Positions 1 through 10,302 of a stretch of 64,000 nt of DNA are shown here, one piece after another. This stretch comes from Lachnospiraceae bacterium (GTDB taxonomy: Bacteria; Bacillota; Clostridia; Lachnospirales; Lachnospiraceae): the NCBI GenBank assembly GCA_021203145.1, contig JAJQBS010000086.1, positions 8,343 to 72,342 of the forward strand, given 5' to 3'. The first letter of the stretch is position 1. Every line of letters begins with the position of its first letter. The notes under the pieces were generated by a model. That model was given only the letters and a program-made list of their open reading frames with translations. It searched no databases and was not told where the DNA came from. Both the position numbers and the translations under genes were made by a program.

Positions 1-687
1 CACGCGGAAACCGTTCTCCTTGCAGAGCCTGATCGCGCGCAGCGCATCCTGCTCGGCTCCGCTGTGATGGCGCAGCCAGTCGTGATGCCCTGTTCCGTCA
101 TAGGAAATCTTCATGTAAGGCCGGCATCCGGCTTCCTTCATCTCGTCCAGAATCTCCTGCGTGATGAAGGAACCGTTGGTGTTCAGCTCATTCAGGAATA
201 TATGATGTCTCTGGGCACTGCGGACGACGTCCATGAAATGCGGGTGCATCATCGGTTCGCCGCCGGTCAGCGTCAGGGCGTTGATCCCGCAGGTCTCCAT
301 CTGCGTGAACAGGGTCTCCGCTTCCTCTAGAGTGAACTCGCTCTGGAGGCGCGCATTATCCGCCGCGTTAAAACAGTGCAGACAGTTATAGTTGCACTTG
401 CCCGTGAGCATCAGGCTGGCATGCGGGAAGTAGCGGTTGTTGCAGAATTTCGCCCGCTGCCAGTCGTTCATTCGCTCGCACGGCCGTGCCTCCCGGATGA
501 ATCCGCGCGCTTTCAGCGAAGCGGCAATTTCATTTTCGGGCAGGTCGGTTTCACCGTCGCACAGGGAGAGGAAATCAAATTCCCCTTTCTGCAGTTTTTT
601 TGCTTCATATTCGCCCCGGATATAATAAGCGCAGGGCACATACCACCAGCTGCGCAGGGCGATGCCGGGGTTTAAGATGTATTTCAT
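1..687 (-). CDS. RiPP-type radical SAM protein with N-terminal RRE-like region; 3' end runs off the left edge
   Basis: Hand translation from ATG at 687: MKYILNPGIALRSWWYVPCAYYIRG...FLSLCDGETDL...LTGKCNYNCLHCFN...LTLTGGEPMMHPHF...LNTNG...KISYDG. CxxxCxxC at 373-396 plus GGEP/TNG motifs; frame open to position 1, so absent from the ORF track. Confidence 0.9.
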   Translation of the reverse strand, partial: MKYILNPGIALRSWWYVPCAYYIRGEYEAKKLQKGEFDFLSLCDGETDLPENEIAASLKARGFIREARPCERMNDWQRAKFCNNRYFPHASLMLTGKCNYNCLHCFNAADNARLQSEFTLEEAETLFTQMETCGINALTLTGGEPMMHPHFMDVVRSAQRHHIFLNELNTNGSFITQEILDEMKEAGCRPYMKISYDGTGHHDWLRHHSGAEQDALRAIRLCKENGFRV

Positions 688-749
688 ACAGTCTGCTCTT
701 TTCTCTGTTTCACGGTGTCCGTCACCGTGAATTCCCCGAGATCATGATT

Positions 750-1118
750 TCATTTTGCCACTACTACCTGCCCGCTGACCGCGTCGGTGAATTGAATTCT
801 CACATAACAATTAAAGGTACTGCCTGAATCAATATATCTTTCAAGCAGGACTGCCCATAAATCCTCGGACACACTTAAACCCATCTCAGCCAGATTTATA
901 TCAAAATCAATCACACTGGTTCCTTTTGCTACGCTCACCGTCACCGGAAACTGTACCTGTACCGTTTCCGCTGTGATGTCGTCTTCGATGACGACTTCAG
1001 AGGCGCAGGTGTCGTCGCAGGTGTCGCTGGAATCGGAGCCGCCTGTCACCTGATCCAGTTCCTCGTCCACGATTTCTCCGGTGACAGGGTTTATTATCTT
1101 CTGGTCTTTATTGTCCAT
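750..1118 (-). CDS. Double-glycine-leader precursor protein 1 (122 aa)
   Basis: GGAGG RBS 7 nt upstream; leader NPVTGEIVDEELDQVTGG; directly upstream of and co-oriented with the radical SAM gene. Confidence 0.85.
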   Translation of the reverse strand: MDNKDQKIINPVTGEIVDEELDQVTGGSDSSDTCDDTCASEVVIEDDITAETVQVQFPVTVSVAKGTSVIDFDINLAEMGLSVSEDLWAVLLERYIDSGSTFNCYVRIQFTDAVSGQVVVAK

Positions 1119-1258
1119 AACAGTTCCTCCTTTTGTTGATTTGATTTTTTTGTTTTCCTTTGCTATCTGTTTCTACGACAAAACAGAGAAAAGGGAACCT
1201 GATTCGGCGGCGGCCGGCACAAAATTCTGCTTGCCTGTCGCAAGCCAGGTATTACAGA

Positions 1259-1287
1259 ATCATACCATTTTTCCTCCCTGCTTTCAA
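1259..1287 (-). promoter_or_regulatory. sigma-A promoter for precursor 1 and radical SAM
   Basis: Minus strand TTGAAA-N17-TATGAT with TG extension. Confidence 0.6.
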
Positions 1288-1352
1288 TATATTATTTTCC
1301 TTTTTCCGGCAAAAAACAAAATAACAGCTTTCCATTTTGCAACAAAAAGGGG

Positions 1353-1381
1353 ATGCCAAACGGAAAAACATGTGCTATAAT
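1353..1381 (+). promoter_or_regulatory. Divergent sigma-A promoter for precursors 2/3
   Basis: ATGCCA-N17-TATAAT with TGTGC extended -10. Confidence 0.55.
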
Positions 1382-1581
1382 CACAACAATTCATTCCCCC
1401 GCTGCAGACTATACCATCAGGGGTACCGGCATGTCGGCGGATTCTTTATGCTCCTGCTGCCCGTACGCCGCTCTGCGGAAATAAAGAAGAAAGCAATATC
1501 CCCCCGGCGTGTTTTCATCGTATAGACAGACAGCCGAAGATAAAGAAGCATAAATCAGAGAATTTACGAGGAGGACTGCAC

Positions 1582-1902
1582 ATGAGAACCAAAAAACTGC
1601 AGCACAACATGGAGCTCGAAAGCTTCACGGAGACGCCGGCAGGATATGAACTGCCCGATGAGCAGCTGGATGGCGTGTCCGGCGGCTTGATAGATGAGGC
1701 AATATACCCGGTGATCCTGCACGTCCAGGCAGGGGTAGCTATCGACGATGTTGAATACACATTAAGCGAATACTGTCTGCTCAGTGAAGCAGCCGCAGAG
1801 GCAGCGGCATATCTGGTCGAAGAATGTTCAAGCGATTCTATTCATTTAAGTGTCGCTGTAAAGATAAAAATAACCAACGCCACTACATGGGAACTGCTTT
1901 AA
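1582..1902 (+). CDS. Double-glycine-leader precursor protein 2 (106 aa)
   Basis: GAGGAGG RBS; leader YELPDEQLDGVSGG; post-GG region aligns with precursor 1. Confidence 0.85.
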   Translation: MRTKKLQHNMELESFTETPAGYELPDEQLDGVSGGLIDEAIYPVILHVQAGVAIDDVEYTLSEYCLLSEAAAEAAAYLVEECSSDSIHLSVAVKIKITNATTWELL

Positions 1903-2016
1903 GGCTGATACCGGTTTATACCGTGTCATTGTACAGCGATAACCGCTGTGGGGGGATTTCCTGTATAAACAGCAAAAAAGAATAAAAACAGGTCAAAAAA
2001 CAAAGGAGGATTTGCA

Positions 2017-2406
2017 ATGAATAACGGGGAAACGATCTTTACGGAGGAACTGATGCACAAAGCGAGGGAGTGTAAATCGCCGGAGGAAATCATCGCGCTT
2101 GCGAAAGAAAACGGCGTGGACATCACCGAAGCACAGGCGGAAGAATATTTTAAAATGCTCAGTCCCGTAAACGGGGAACTGGCAGACGAGGAACTGGATA
2201 ATGTGTCTGGTGGGTGTGAAACGGTAACAGTGAAAGCAGTGGATGAGAAAGGCAACATCTATTCTCTAAATTATCTTCGAGTTGAAACGTATACTGTGTG
2301 CTTCACCGGATATAACTCAGGCACATGTTCAAGCTGCGATAAAGTGAACTATTATGAGGATAATTATGGTAACAAAATATATTACTGCACTAACTATGAA
2401 GTATGA
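2017..2406 (+). CDS. Nif11-like leader RiPP precursor 3 (129 aa), Cys/Tyr-rich core
   Basis: AAGGAGG RBS; Nif11-type leader (ELMHKARECKSPEEIIALAKENGVDITEAQAEEYF) ending ELADEELDNVSGG; 63-aa core with 5 Cys. Confidence 0.9.
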   Translation: MNNGETIFTEELMHKARECKSPEEIIALAKENGVDITEAQAEEYFKMLSPVNGELADEELDNVSGGCETVTVKAVDEKGNIYSLNYLRVETYTVCFTGYNSGTCSSCDKVNYYEDNYGNKIYYCTNYEV

Positions 2407-2510
2407 AAGCTTTTTGACAGTACAAGTAGTACAAGCGACCTGACCCCAGGAAGAAAAAAGAAAACTATTCTTAAGACTTTGTCAAACGCATTCATACAGA
2501 TTTCTGTACA

Positions 2511-2551
2511 TACCTGGGGTCCACGGTTTATGGCACCGTGAACCCCAGGTA
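2511..2551. terminator. 17-bp stem hairpin downstream of precursor 3 (terminator or REP-like)
   Basis: TACCTGGGGTCCACGGT-ttatggc-ACCGTGAACCCCAGGTA, one mismatch; U-tract weak. Confidence 0.5.
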
Positions 2552-2684
2552 AATTGTTCGCCTTCCTGCAATGTCGTTTTTCATAAAGCATTCGTGTTGT
2601 TTAATGTAAAAATCAGAGCCAAATTCGTTGATTTTTACACGAATATATGCTATGCTATGTTCAGTACCTTCAGGGAGGTTAATT

Positions 2685-3980
2685 ATGTATAGAAAAATCA
2701 CGGGATTTTTGGAAAGCTGGAAAGCAAACAGATACCGCAAGCCCTTAATTTTGCAGGGAGCAAGACAGGTAGGTAAAACCTGGTCTGTTCTGGAATTTGG
2801 ACGCACCCATTATGAGAATGTCGCATATTTCAATTTTGAAACGAATCCAAAATTGAATGAAACCTTCACGGAAAGCATAAGCCCTGAATATCTGATACCG
2901 ATTTTGTCCCATATTGCAGGACAGACGATAGTAAAAGAAAAAACGCTGATTGTTTTTGATGAGGTGCAGCTTTGTGAAAGAGCTTTGACGAGCCTTAAAT
3001 ATTTCTGTGAGGATGCGCCGGAATATCATATCATTGTTGCAGGCAGTATGCTTGGCGTTGCAGTAAACAGGGCAAAGTTTTCTTTCCCTGTCGGTAAGGT
3101 AGATATGAAAACTCTCTATCCAATGGATATGGAAGAATTTATGTTAGCCTGCGGCGAAGATACCCTTGTGGAGCAGATTAAAAAGTGTTTTGAAACGAAC
3201 ACACCTCTGCCAGGTGCTTTACACGATGCGGCAATGCTGCTTTATCGTCAATATTTGATTGTTGGTGGTATGCCTGAATGTGTGACGCAGTTTGTCGGAA
3301 CGAAAGACTATATCCTTGTCCGGCATACGCAGGATACTATTCTTACAAGCTATCTTAATGATATGAGCAAATATAACAATCTTAATGAAATTAAGAAAAC
3401 AAGACTTGTTTATAACAATATCACAGTCCAGCTCTCAAAGAAAAACACCCGTTTTCAGTACAAGCTGATTAAAAAAGGCGGCAGGGCTTCCGAGTTTGAA
3501 AATGCGATTGAATGGCTTAGTCTGTCTGGTATCGTGTCACAGGTTTATAAAGCAGAGCAGATAAAAAAGCCGCTTGAAAACTACCGTGATATTGATGCTT
3601 TCAAAATCTATGTATCAGACTTAGGGCTGCTCTGTGCAAAAAAAGACTTAGCGGCAAATGATATTCTCTATATGGTTGACGAAATAAACGATTTCAAGGG
3701 TGGCATGGCTGAGAACTATGTCAATGTGCAGTTATCCATTAACGGCTACAACACCTACTATTGGGAGTCCGGGCGCGAGGCTGAAATTGACTTTATTATT
3801 CAGCGTGACGGACAGCTTATCCCGATTGAGGTCAAATCCGCAGACAATACCAGAGCCAAGAGTTTAAATCTGTATATGCAAAGACATCAGCCCGCCTACG
3901 CTATCAAGCTCTCTGCAAAAAACTTTGGCTTTGAGGACGGAAAAAAGACGGTTCCTCTCTACGCCGCATTTTGTATCTAA
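2685..3980 (+). CDS. AAA+ ATPase (AAA_14/DUF4143 type)
   Basis: GGAGG RBS before ATG 2685; Walker A GARQVGKT, Walker B VFDEVQ, C-terminal EIDF...IPIEVKS. Confidence 0.85.
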   Translation: MYRKITGFLESWKANRYRKPLILQGARQVGKTWSVLEFGRTHYENVAYFNFETNPKLNETFTESISPEYLIPILSHIAGQTIVKEKTLIVFDEVQLCERALTSLKYFCEDAPEYHIIVAGSMLGVAVNRAKFSFPVGKVDMKTLYPMDMEEFMLACGEDTLVEQIKKCFETNTPLPGALHDAAMLLYRQYLIVGGMPECVTQFVGTKDYILVRHTQDTILTSYLNDMSKYNNLNEIKKTRLVYNNITVQLSKKNTRFQYKLIKKGGRASEFENAIEWLSLSGIVSQVYKAEQIKKPLENYRDIDAFKIYVSDLGLLCAKKDLAANDILYMVDEINDFKGGMAENYVNVQLSINGYNTYYWESGREAEIDFIIQRDGQLIPIEVKSADNTRAKSLNLYMQRHQPAYAIKLSAKNFGFEDGKKTVPLYAAFCI

Positions 3981-3994
3981 ACATTTCGTTTATA

Positions 3995-4051
3995 CAAACA
4001 TTTGTTTGCTATTTTCGTACATGTGTGCTATACTGAGGAAAACATATGTAC
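3995..4051 (+). promoter_or_regulatory. lexA promoter with candidate SOS boxes
   Basis: CAAAC-attt-GTTTG (3995-4008), AAAC-atat-GTAC (4040-4051), extended -10 TGcTATACT (4027-4035). Confidence 0.6.
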
Positions 4052-4067
4052 GAAGGAGGTACCAATT

Positions 4068-4679
4068 ATGCCTGGAACCATTACACCGAAGCAACAGGAA
4101 ATCCTCGAATATATAAAAAGTGAGATCCTGCAACGCGGCTTCCCGCCGGCTGTCCGGGAGATCTGTCAGGCAGTTCACCTGAAATCCACATCCTCCGTTC
4201 ACTCCCACCTGGAGTCACTGGAGAAAAACGGATATATCCGGCGTGACCCGACCAAGCCGCGCGCGATTGAGATTCTGGACGATTCCTTTCAGATGGTACG
4301 CCGCGAGATGGTAAGTGTCCCCATCGTCGGCACAGTGGCTGCCGGTGTGCCGATTCTGGCAGAGCAGAACATTGACAGCTATTTCCCGATTCCGGCCGAA
4401 TATATGCCGAACGAGCAGTCTTTTATATTGCGTGTGAAAGGCGAGAGCATGATCAATGCCGGCATCCTCGATGGCGACTGTGTCCTGGTCCGCCAGCAGC
4501 AGACCGCGGAAAATGGGGATATCATTGTCGCACTCATCGAAGACTCTGCCACAGTCAAAACCTTTTACAAAGAAAACGGGCATATCCGCCTTCAGCCGGA
4601 AAACGATACCATGGATCCGATTATCGTCACGGATCTTGCCATCCTTGGAAAGGTTTTTGGCGTGTTCCGGTTCTTCTGA
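4068..4679 (+). CDS. lexA: SOS repressor LexA
   Basis: AAGGAGG RBS; winged HTH ([23 protein letters not shown]), VAAG cleavage site, GESM Ser, TVKT Lys. Confidence 0.97.
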   Translation: MPGTITPKQQEILEYIKSEILQRGFPPAVREICQAVHLKSTSSVHSHLESLEKNGYIRRDPTKPRAIEILDDSFQMVRREMVSVPIVGTVAAGVPILAEQNIDSYFPIPAEYMPNEQSFILRVKGESMINAGILDGDCVLVRQQQTAENGDIIVALIEDSATVKTFYKENGHIRLQPENDTMDPIIVTDLAILGKVFGVFRFF

Positions 4680-4687
4680 GGGTTTTC

Positions 4688-4921
4688 TGCAATCGGATAG
4701 GGGAACGCCCTTCCCCCCTATCCGCCGCGCCAGGCCGCGTCCAATGCCATAAGGATTGCCAGCGAAGTCGGAGGATGCTGAGTGCCAGTGGCACTCGTTT
4801 AGCGCCGACCGAAGCGAAGCCGTAGATCCTTATGGCGTGCGCTTTAGCCGGAATAATTCCTTGCGCGGCTCGTGTGCATAATAATTTGCGGATAGGGGGG
4901 GAAACTCCCTATCCGATTGCA
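4688..4921. repeat. 234-bp MITE/REP-like element, full copy
   Basis: Imperfect ~35-bp terminal inverted repeats (TGCAATCGGATAGGG...CCCTATCCGC), each itself a hairpin; related copies at 9061 and 23159. Confidence 0.75.
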
Positions 4922-4960
4922 AATAACGCCTGAGGGCTCTTTTATGCCGCACAGCTGTAA

Positions 4961-5764
4961 TTATAATTCAAACCGGTTCTTCTTCAGGCCGTCAAGCAGC
5001 TCTCTGGGCATCGCAAGGTGGAATCCGCCCGGATTCAGCAAAAAGCCCTTGGCGTCCTTAAGCAGCAGTTTTGAGAGATTGTCGAACGGAACAACGATCG
5101 CCCGGAACCTGTTTTCTTTATTAAATTTGAGAAGCTCAGTAGGATCTGTGAAAAGTGGCTGCAGAATATCGCCATTCTTATTTTTCAGGATCGGCAGACG
5201 GTATTTGCGGTTCTGCAGCTTCTCCGCATCGCTCTCCGGGCCGTCAAAAAGCTCGATCGGCACTACGTAGCGCGCTTTCATAAGATTCACAGAAAGCTCC
5301 TCCTCCAGATCCGGCAGCATTGTCTTCTGCTCATTAGGAACCGGGCGCCCCGCTTCCTGCATAAAGTACAGACCAGTCAGCTGCAGCTGCGGATTCAGCA
5401 CCGGCTGCTGCTCTTTCGGGCGTTTGGAATAATCCGGCTGTCTTACCATGTCCTCCAGGGCAAGTGTCTGCTTCCCGCTGCTGTTTACAAAGACCATTTC
5501 ATTGATTCCGATTGTGAAGAGGGAGGCAAAAAATTCCAGGAATTTCTTGTTCGGATATTTGATCCCTTTCAGCAAAAGCTTCTGTTCCGTGTAGGGCTTT
5601 GCGAACTCCTGCAGCTGTTCTTCCGAATCAAACAGCCATACCTGATCGTTAAAGGTCTCGGGATCACATACAACCAGCGGCATATTGGTAAAGGTACAAT
5701 AAGCCACAATCAGGCTTGTCTTTTTTTGGATACTTCTTGCCAGAAATTTTTTATCTACAGCCAT
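4961..5764 (-). CDS. SseB-family protein
   Basis: 267-aa ORF with LQPLFTDPTEL and FLLNPGG SseB-like motifs. Confidence 0.65.
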   Translation of the reverse strand: MAVDKKFLARSIQKKTSLIVAYCTFTNMPLVVCDPETFNDQVWLFDSEEQLQEFAKPYTEQKLLLKGIKYPNKKFLEFFASLFTIGINEMVFVNSSGKQTLALEDMVRQPDYSKRPKEQQPVLNPQLQLTGLYFMQEAGRPVPNEQKTMLPDLEEELSVNLMKARYVVPIELFDGPESDAEKLQNRKYRLPILKNKNGDILQPLFTDPTELLKFNKENRFRAIVVPFDNLSKLLLKDAKGFLLNPGGFHLAMPRELLDGLKKNRFEL

Positions 5765-5802
5765 TTCACTTCTCTCCTGCCACTTCTAAAAATATTGAAC
5801 CT

Positions 5803-6180
5803 TCAAGGTTTTTCGTTCTTGTCGTCCAGCTCCTCGATGGATGTCTCTGTGCCGTCCCGCCAGATTCTCTCCAGATCATAAAACAGACGGTTTTCCGAAT
5901 CAAATACGTGCACGATCATATCGCCATAGTCAATCAGAATCCAGTTCGCGGTGCGGTAGCCCTCCGTCTGCCTGGCGCGGTATCCCGCCTTGTACAGAAC
6001 CTCCTCTACATGGTCTGCCATGGCCTGTATCTGATTGCGGTTCGACCCTGAGGCAATGATAAAATAATCTGCCAGGACCGATACCTTCTCTATGTTGATA
6101 ATTTTAATATCCTCCGCCTTTTTATCCGCGAGTGCCTGATAAGCCAGGCGGGTCATCTCTTTTGCCGCAAGCTCTGCCAT
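5803..6180 (-). CDS. rsfS: Ribosome silencing factor RsfS
   Basis: DKKAEDIKII, DYFIIASG, WILIDYGD..VHVF, FYDLERIW. Confidence 0.95.
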   Translation of the reverse strand: MAELAAKEMTRLAYQALADKKAEDIKIINIEKVSVLADYFIIASGSNRNQIQAMADHVEEVLYKAGYRARQTEGYRTANWILIDYGDMIVHVFDSENRLFYDLERIWRDGTETSIEELDDKNEKP

Positions 6181-6183
6181 ACA

Positions 6184-6774
6184 TTAATCCTCCGTTTCTC
6201 CGATGAAATTTTTGTAATAATTATAAGCTACCAGCGACTGATTATCAAGGGGAGCCTTTTTTTCTTTTATATAAGCAAGCGTGTCCCGGAGCGTCATATA
6301 GACAGCCAGGTCAATGTCTGAAAAAGCCAGATGGCGGATACGTGCCAGATTGGGTGCTTTTACCCGCCCCGGCTCGATATAGTCCGCTAAAAAAATAATT
6401 TTTTCAAGCAGGGTCATATCCGGTTTTCCCGTCGTATGGCAGCTGATCGCGCTCAGAATCTCGGGATCCTCCACCCCATATTTGTCCTTTGCGATACAGG
6501 CTCCCAGCTTCGCGTGAAGAAGATGCGGGGCGGCACGTTCGACCGGGGAAACCGGCACCTTGTAATGCCCGCAAAGACGGAGCTTCTGCGCATTCGGGAT
6601 GCATTTCGCGCAGTCATGCAAAAGCCCTGCCACACAGGTGCGCGTGACATCCTCATCATGGCACATTGCCAGGGACGCCGCCGTATACATGACTCCCTCC
6701 GTGTGGATGAAGCGCTCTTCGTCAAGCTCTTTCTTCAGCTTTTTCTGTATTTTTATGATATTATAGTCGCTCAT
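6184..6774 (-). CDS. yqeK: YqeK HD-domain Ap4A hydrolase
   Basis: LLHDCAK, LLHAKLGA, HTTG, ADYIEPGR; position between nadD and rsfS. Confidence 0.9.
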   Translation of the reverse strand: MSDYNIIKIQKKLKKELDEERFIHTEGVMYTAASLAMCHDEDVTRTCVAGLLHDCAKCIPNAQKLRLCGHYKVPVSPVERAAPHLLHAKLGACIAKDKYGVEDPEILSAISCHTTGKPDMTLLEKIIFLADYIEPGRVKAPNLARIRHLAFSDIDLAVYMTLRDTLAYIKEKKAPLDNQSLVAYNYYKNFIGETED

Positions 6775-7420
6775 TGTACGCCTGGCTCCCGTAAATATCA
6801 TTTTTTTCTATAAAATCCGCAACGGCCGCAGGAACATAGCTGCGGATGGAACGCCCTTCCCGGCAGAGCCTCCGAAGCTCTGTGGATGAAATGGGTATCC
6901 GGGGAGTATTCAGCATGAAAATAGATGCATGATAGCGCTGCTCTAACTCGCTGGCCTTTCCCTGGAGCACTTCCAGAGGATATTCATCGCGGATGGCGGC
7001 CGCGAGATGGCAGCATCTGCAGATGATCTCCGGATGATACCAGGTGTCCATGGCCATCAGGGAATCCGCGCCGATGATGAAAAAAAATTCCGTATCCGGC
7101 TTTTCATCCTTCATCCGCAGAAGAGTATCCTTTGTATAGGATAGTCCGCCCCGGCGCATCTCCTCCTGGTCAAGCACGAACTGCGGATAATCAGAAATCG
7201 CATATTGCACCATGGCAAGTCTCTGCGAATCTGTCGCACCCTCCGGCCTGGTCCTCTTGTGGGGAGGATTTCCTGCAGGCAGGAAAAGCACCTCATCCAG
7301 AGTCAGCTGCCGGTAAGCCGCGTCAGCCAGAGCCAGATGACCGTTATGAATCGGATCAAATGTCCCTCCCATAATGCCGATCCGCCGAATCCCCGGTTTT
7401 CGTCCTGCTTCCATTTCCAT
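6761..7420 (-). CDS. nadD: Nicotinate-nucleotide adenylyltransferase
   Basis: GGTFDPIHNGH, FIIGADS, ISSTELR. Confidence 0.96.
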   Translation of the reverse strand: MEMEAGRKPGIRRIGIMGGTFDPIHNGHLALADAAYRQLTLDEVLFLPAGNPPHKRTRPEGATDSQRLAMVQYAISDYPQFVLDQEEMRRGGLSYTKDTLLRMKDEKPDTEFFFIIGADSLMAMDTWYHPEIICRCCHLAAAIRDEYPLEVLQGKASELEQRYHASIFMLNTPRIPISSTELRRLCREGRSIRSYVPAAVADFIEKNDIYGSQAYNERL

Positions 7421-7439
7421 ACCTCATCTGGCCAGACCT

Positions 7440-7733
7440 TTATCTGGGCAGCTCTATTTTCTGCTTCTCATCCTTTCCCGGCCGGTAAAGGACGATTTTC
7501 TTGCCAATCACCTGCACGACCTGGGAATGGGTACGCCCGGCGACCATCTGCGCAAGCTCATGCGGATCATCCATGCAGTTGCGCAGCACACTTATTTTCA
7601 GCAATTCCCGCGCTGCGAGAGCCTCATCAATGGCTGCTGTCAGCTCCGGCGTCAGTGAAGCTTTGCCGATCTGAAAAGCCGGCTCCATTGTCATGGCAAG
7701 GCTCTTGAGATAAGCCCTTTGTTTACTCGTCAT
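7440..7733 (-). CDS. yhbY: YhbY/CRM RNA-binding protein
   Basis: MTSKQRAYLKSLA...QIGK...ELLKISVL...VQVIGKKIVLYR; AGGAG RBS before ATG 7733. Confidence 0.93.
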   Translation of the reverse strand: MTSKQRAYLKSLAMTMEPAFQIGKASLTPELTAAIDEALAARELLKISVLRNCMDDPHELAQMVAGRTHSQVVQVIGKKIVLYRPGKDEKQKIELPR

Positions 7734-7740
7734 CTGTCCA

Positions 7741-9494
<1,754 letters not shown>

Positions 9495-9497
9495 TCC

Positions 9498-9824
9498 TTA
9501 CACCTCCTCAAATGTCAGGGTAATATATTCCATTCCATATTCTGCCTGTATGTTCTGAATTCCAAGCAACAGGCTGTTCATCAGCAAAGAAGTCGCCTCC
9601 GAAACGTCCCTGGTAAAGCTCATCCGGAGATAGCCGCCGTCCTCTGACAATTCCTGTTCGAAATAGTCGTCTGTAAAGGCTTCAATCGAATTGGCCGTGT
9701 TCAGAGCCAGTGCCGAGACCGCCGCGCAGAGGATGTCCTCTCCTTCCTCCCTGTACCCGGCATGCCCACGGAATAAAAAACCTCTGTACTGATCTTTTGC
9801 TTTCCACACAGTAACTTCAATCAT
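9498..9824 (-). CDS. prp: Ribosomal-processing cysteine protease Prp
   Basis: GHAGY...DILCAAVSAL; between rplU and rpmA. Confidence 0.93.
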   Translation of the reverse strand: MIEVTVWKAKDQYRGFLFRGHAGYREEGEDILCAAVSALALNTANSIEAFTDDYFEQELSEDGGYLRMSFTRDVSEATSLLMNSLLLGIQNIQAEYGMEYITLTFEEV

Positions 9825-9838
9825 AATGATCAACCTGA

Positions 9839-10147
9839 TTATGCGTTGATCTTTTCGATCCGAACCTGTGTATACTGCTGCCTGTGGCCGTTCTTTTTGT
9901 GATAGCCGGTCTTTCTCTTATACTTGTAAACGATGACCTTTTTCGCCTTCGCATTGCGAAGAACGGTAGCTGTGACGCTGGCTCCGGCAACATCCCCGGC
10001 GACCTTCAGCGCCCCGTCATCACTTACCGCAAGCACCTGGTCAAACGTAACAGATTCGCCTTCTTCTACACCCAGCTTTTCCACTCGAATGATATCGCCC
10101 TCGGCTACTTTGTACTGTTTACCACCTGTTGCAATAATTGCGTACAT
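9839..10147 (-). CDS. rplU: 50S ribosomal protein L21
   Basis: MYAIIATGGKQYKV...KKNGHRQQYT. Confidence 0.98.
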   Translation of the reverse strand: MYAIIATGGKQYKVAEGDIIRVEKLGVEEGESVTFDQVLAVSDDGALKVAGDVAGASVTATVLRNAKAKKVIVYKYKRKTGYHKKNGHRQQYTQVRIEKINA

Positions 10148-10159
10148 ATGGCACACCTC

Positions 10160-10230
10160 CTGTCTATCATTACTCGCCAGATATGGTGACCGTGACCACG
10201 GCGCTTAAACCTCTCTGTGCGGCATACCTG
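10160..10230 (-). ncRNA. L21 leader cis-regulatory RNA
   Basis: 5' UTR of rplU containing GCCGCAC...GCG...GGCGAGU; boundaries approximate. Confidence 0.65.
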
Positions 10231-10233
10231 TTT

Positions 10234-10262
10234 ATATTAGCACATGAATACAGCAGAGTCAA
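10234..10262 (-). promoter_or_regulatory. rplU operon promoter
   Basis: TTGACT-N17-TAATAT with TG extension. Confidence 0.7.
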
Positions 10263-10302
10263 ATGTTTTTTGTATTTAAAATAAAGATAACGACGCAATG
10301 TG

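Noticed and set aside
121-130. Apparent frameshift in the radical SAM gene
   Set aside because: Re-reading gives GGA TGC CGG CCT TAC ATG (GCRPYM); the frame is intact to the window edge.
1200-1445. Shared motif in the two divergent 5' UTRs (GT(G/A)CCGGC...GA(A/T)TC)
   Set aside because: Only about 20 GC-rich bases with gaps; not distinguishable from chance without homologs.
750-2406. GG-leader precursors as substrates of the S26-ABC fusion 50 kb away
   Set aside because: GG leaders are C39 substrates, and their leaders are unrelated to the array family; no linking evidence.
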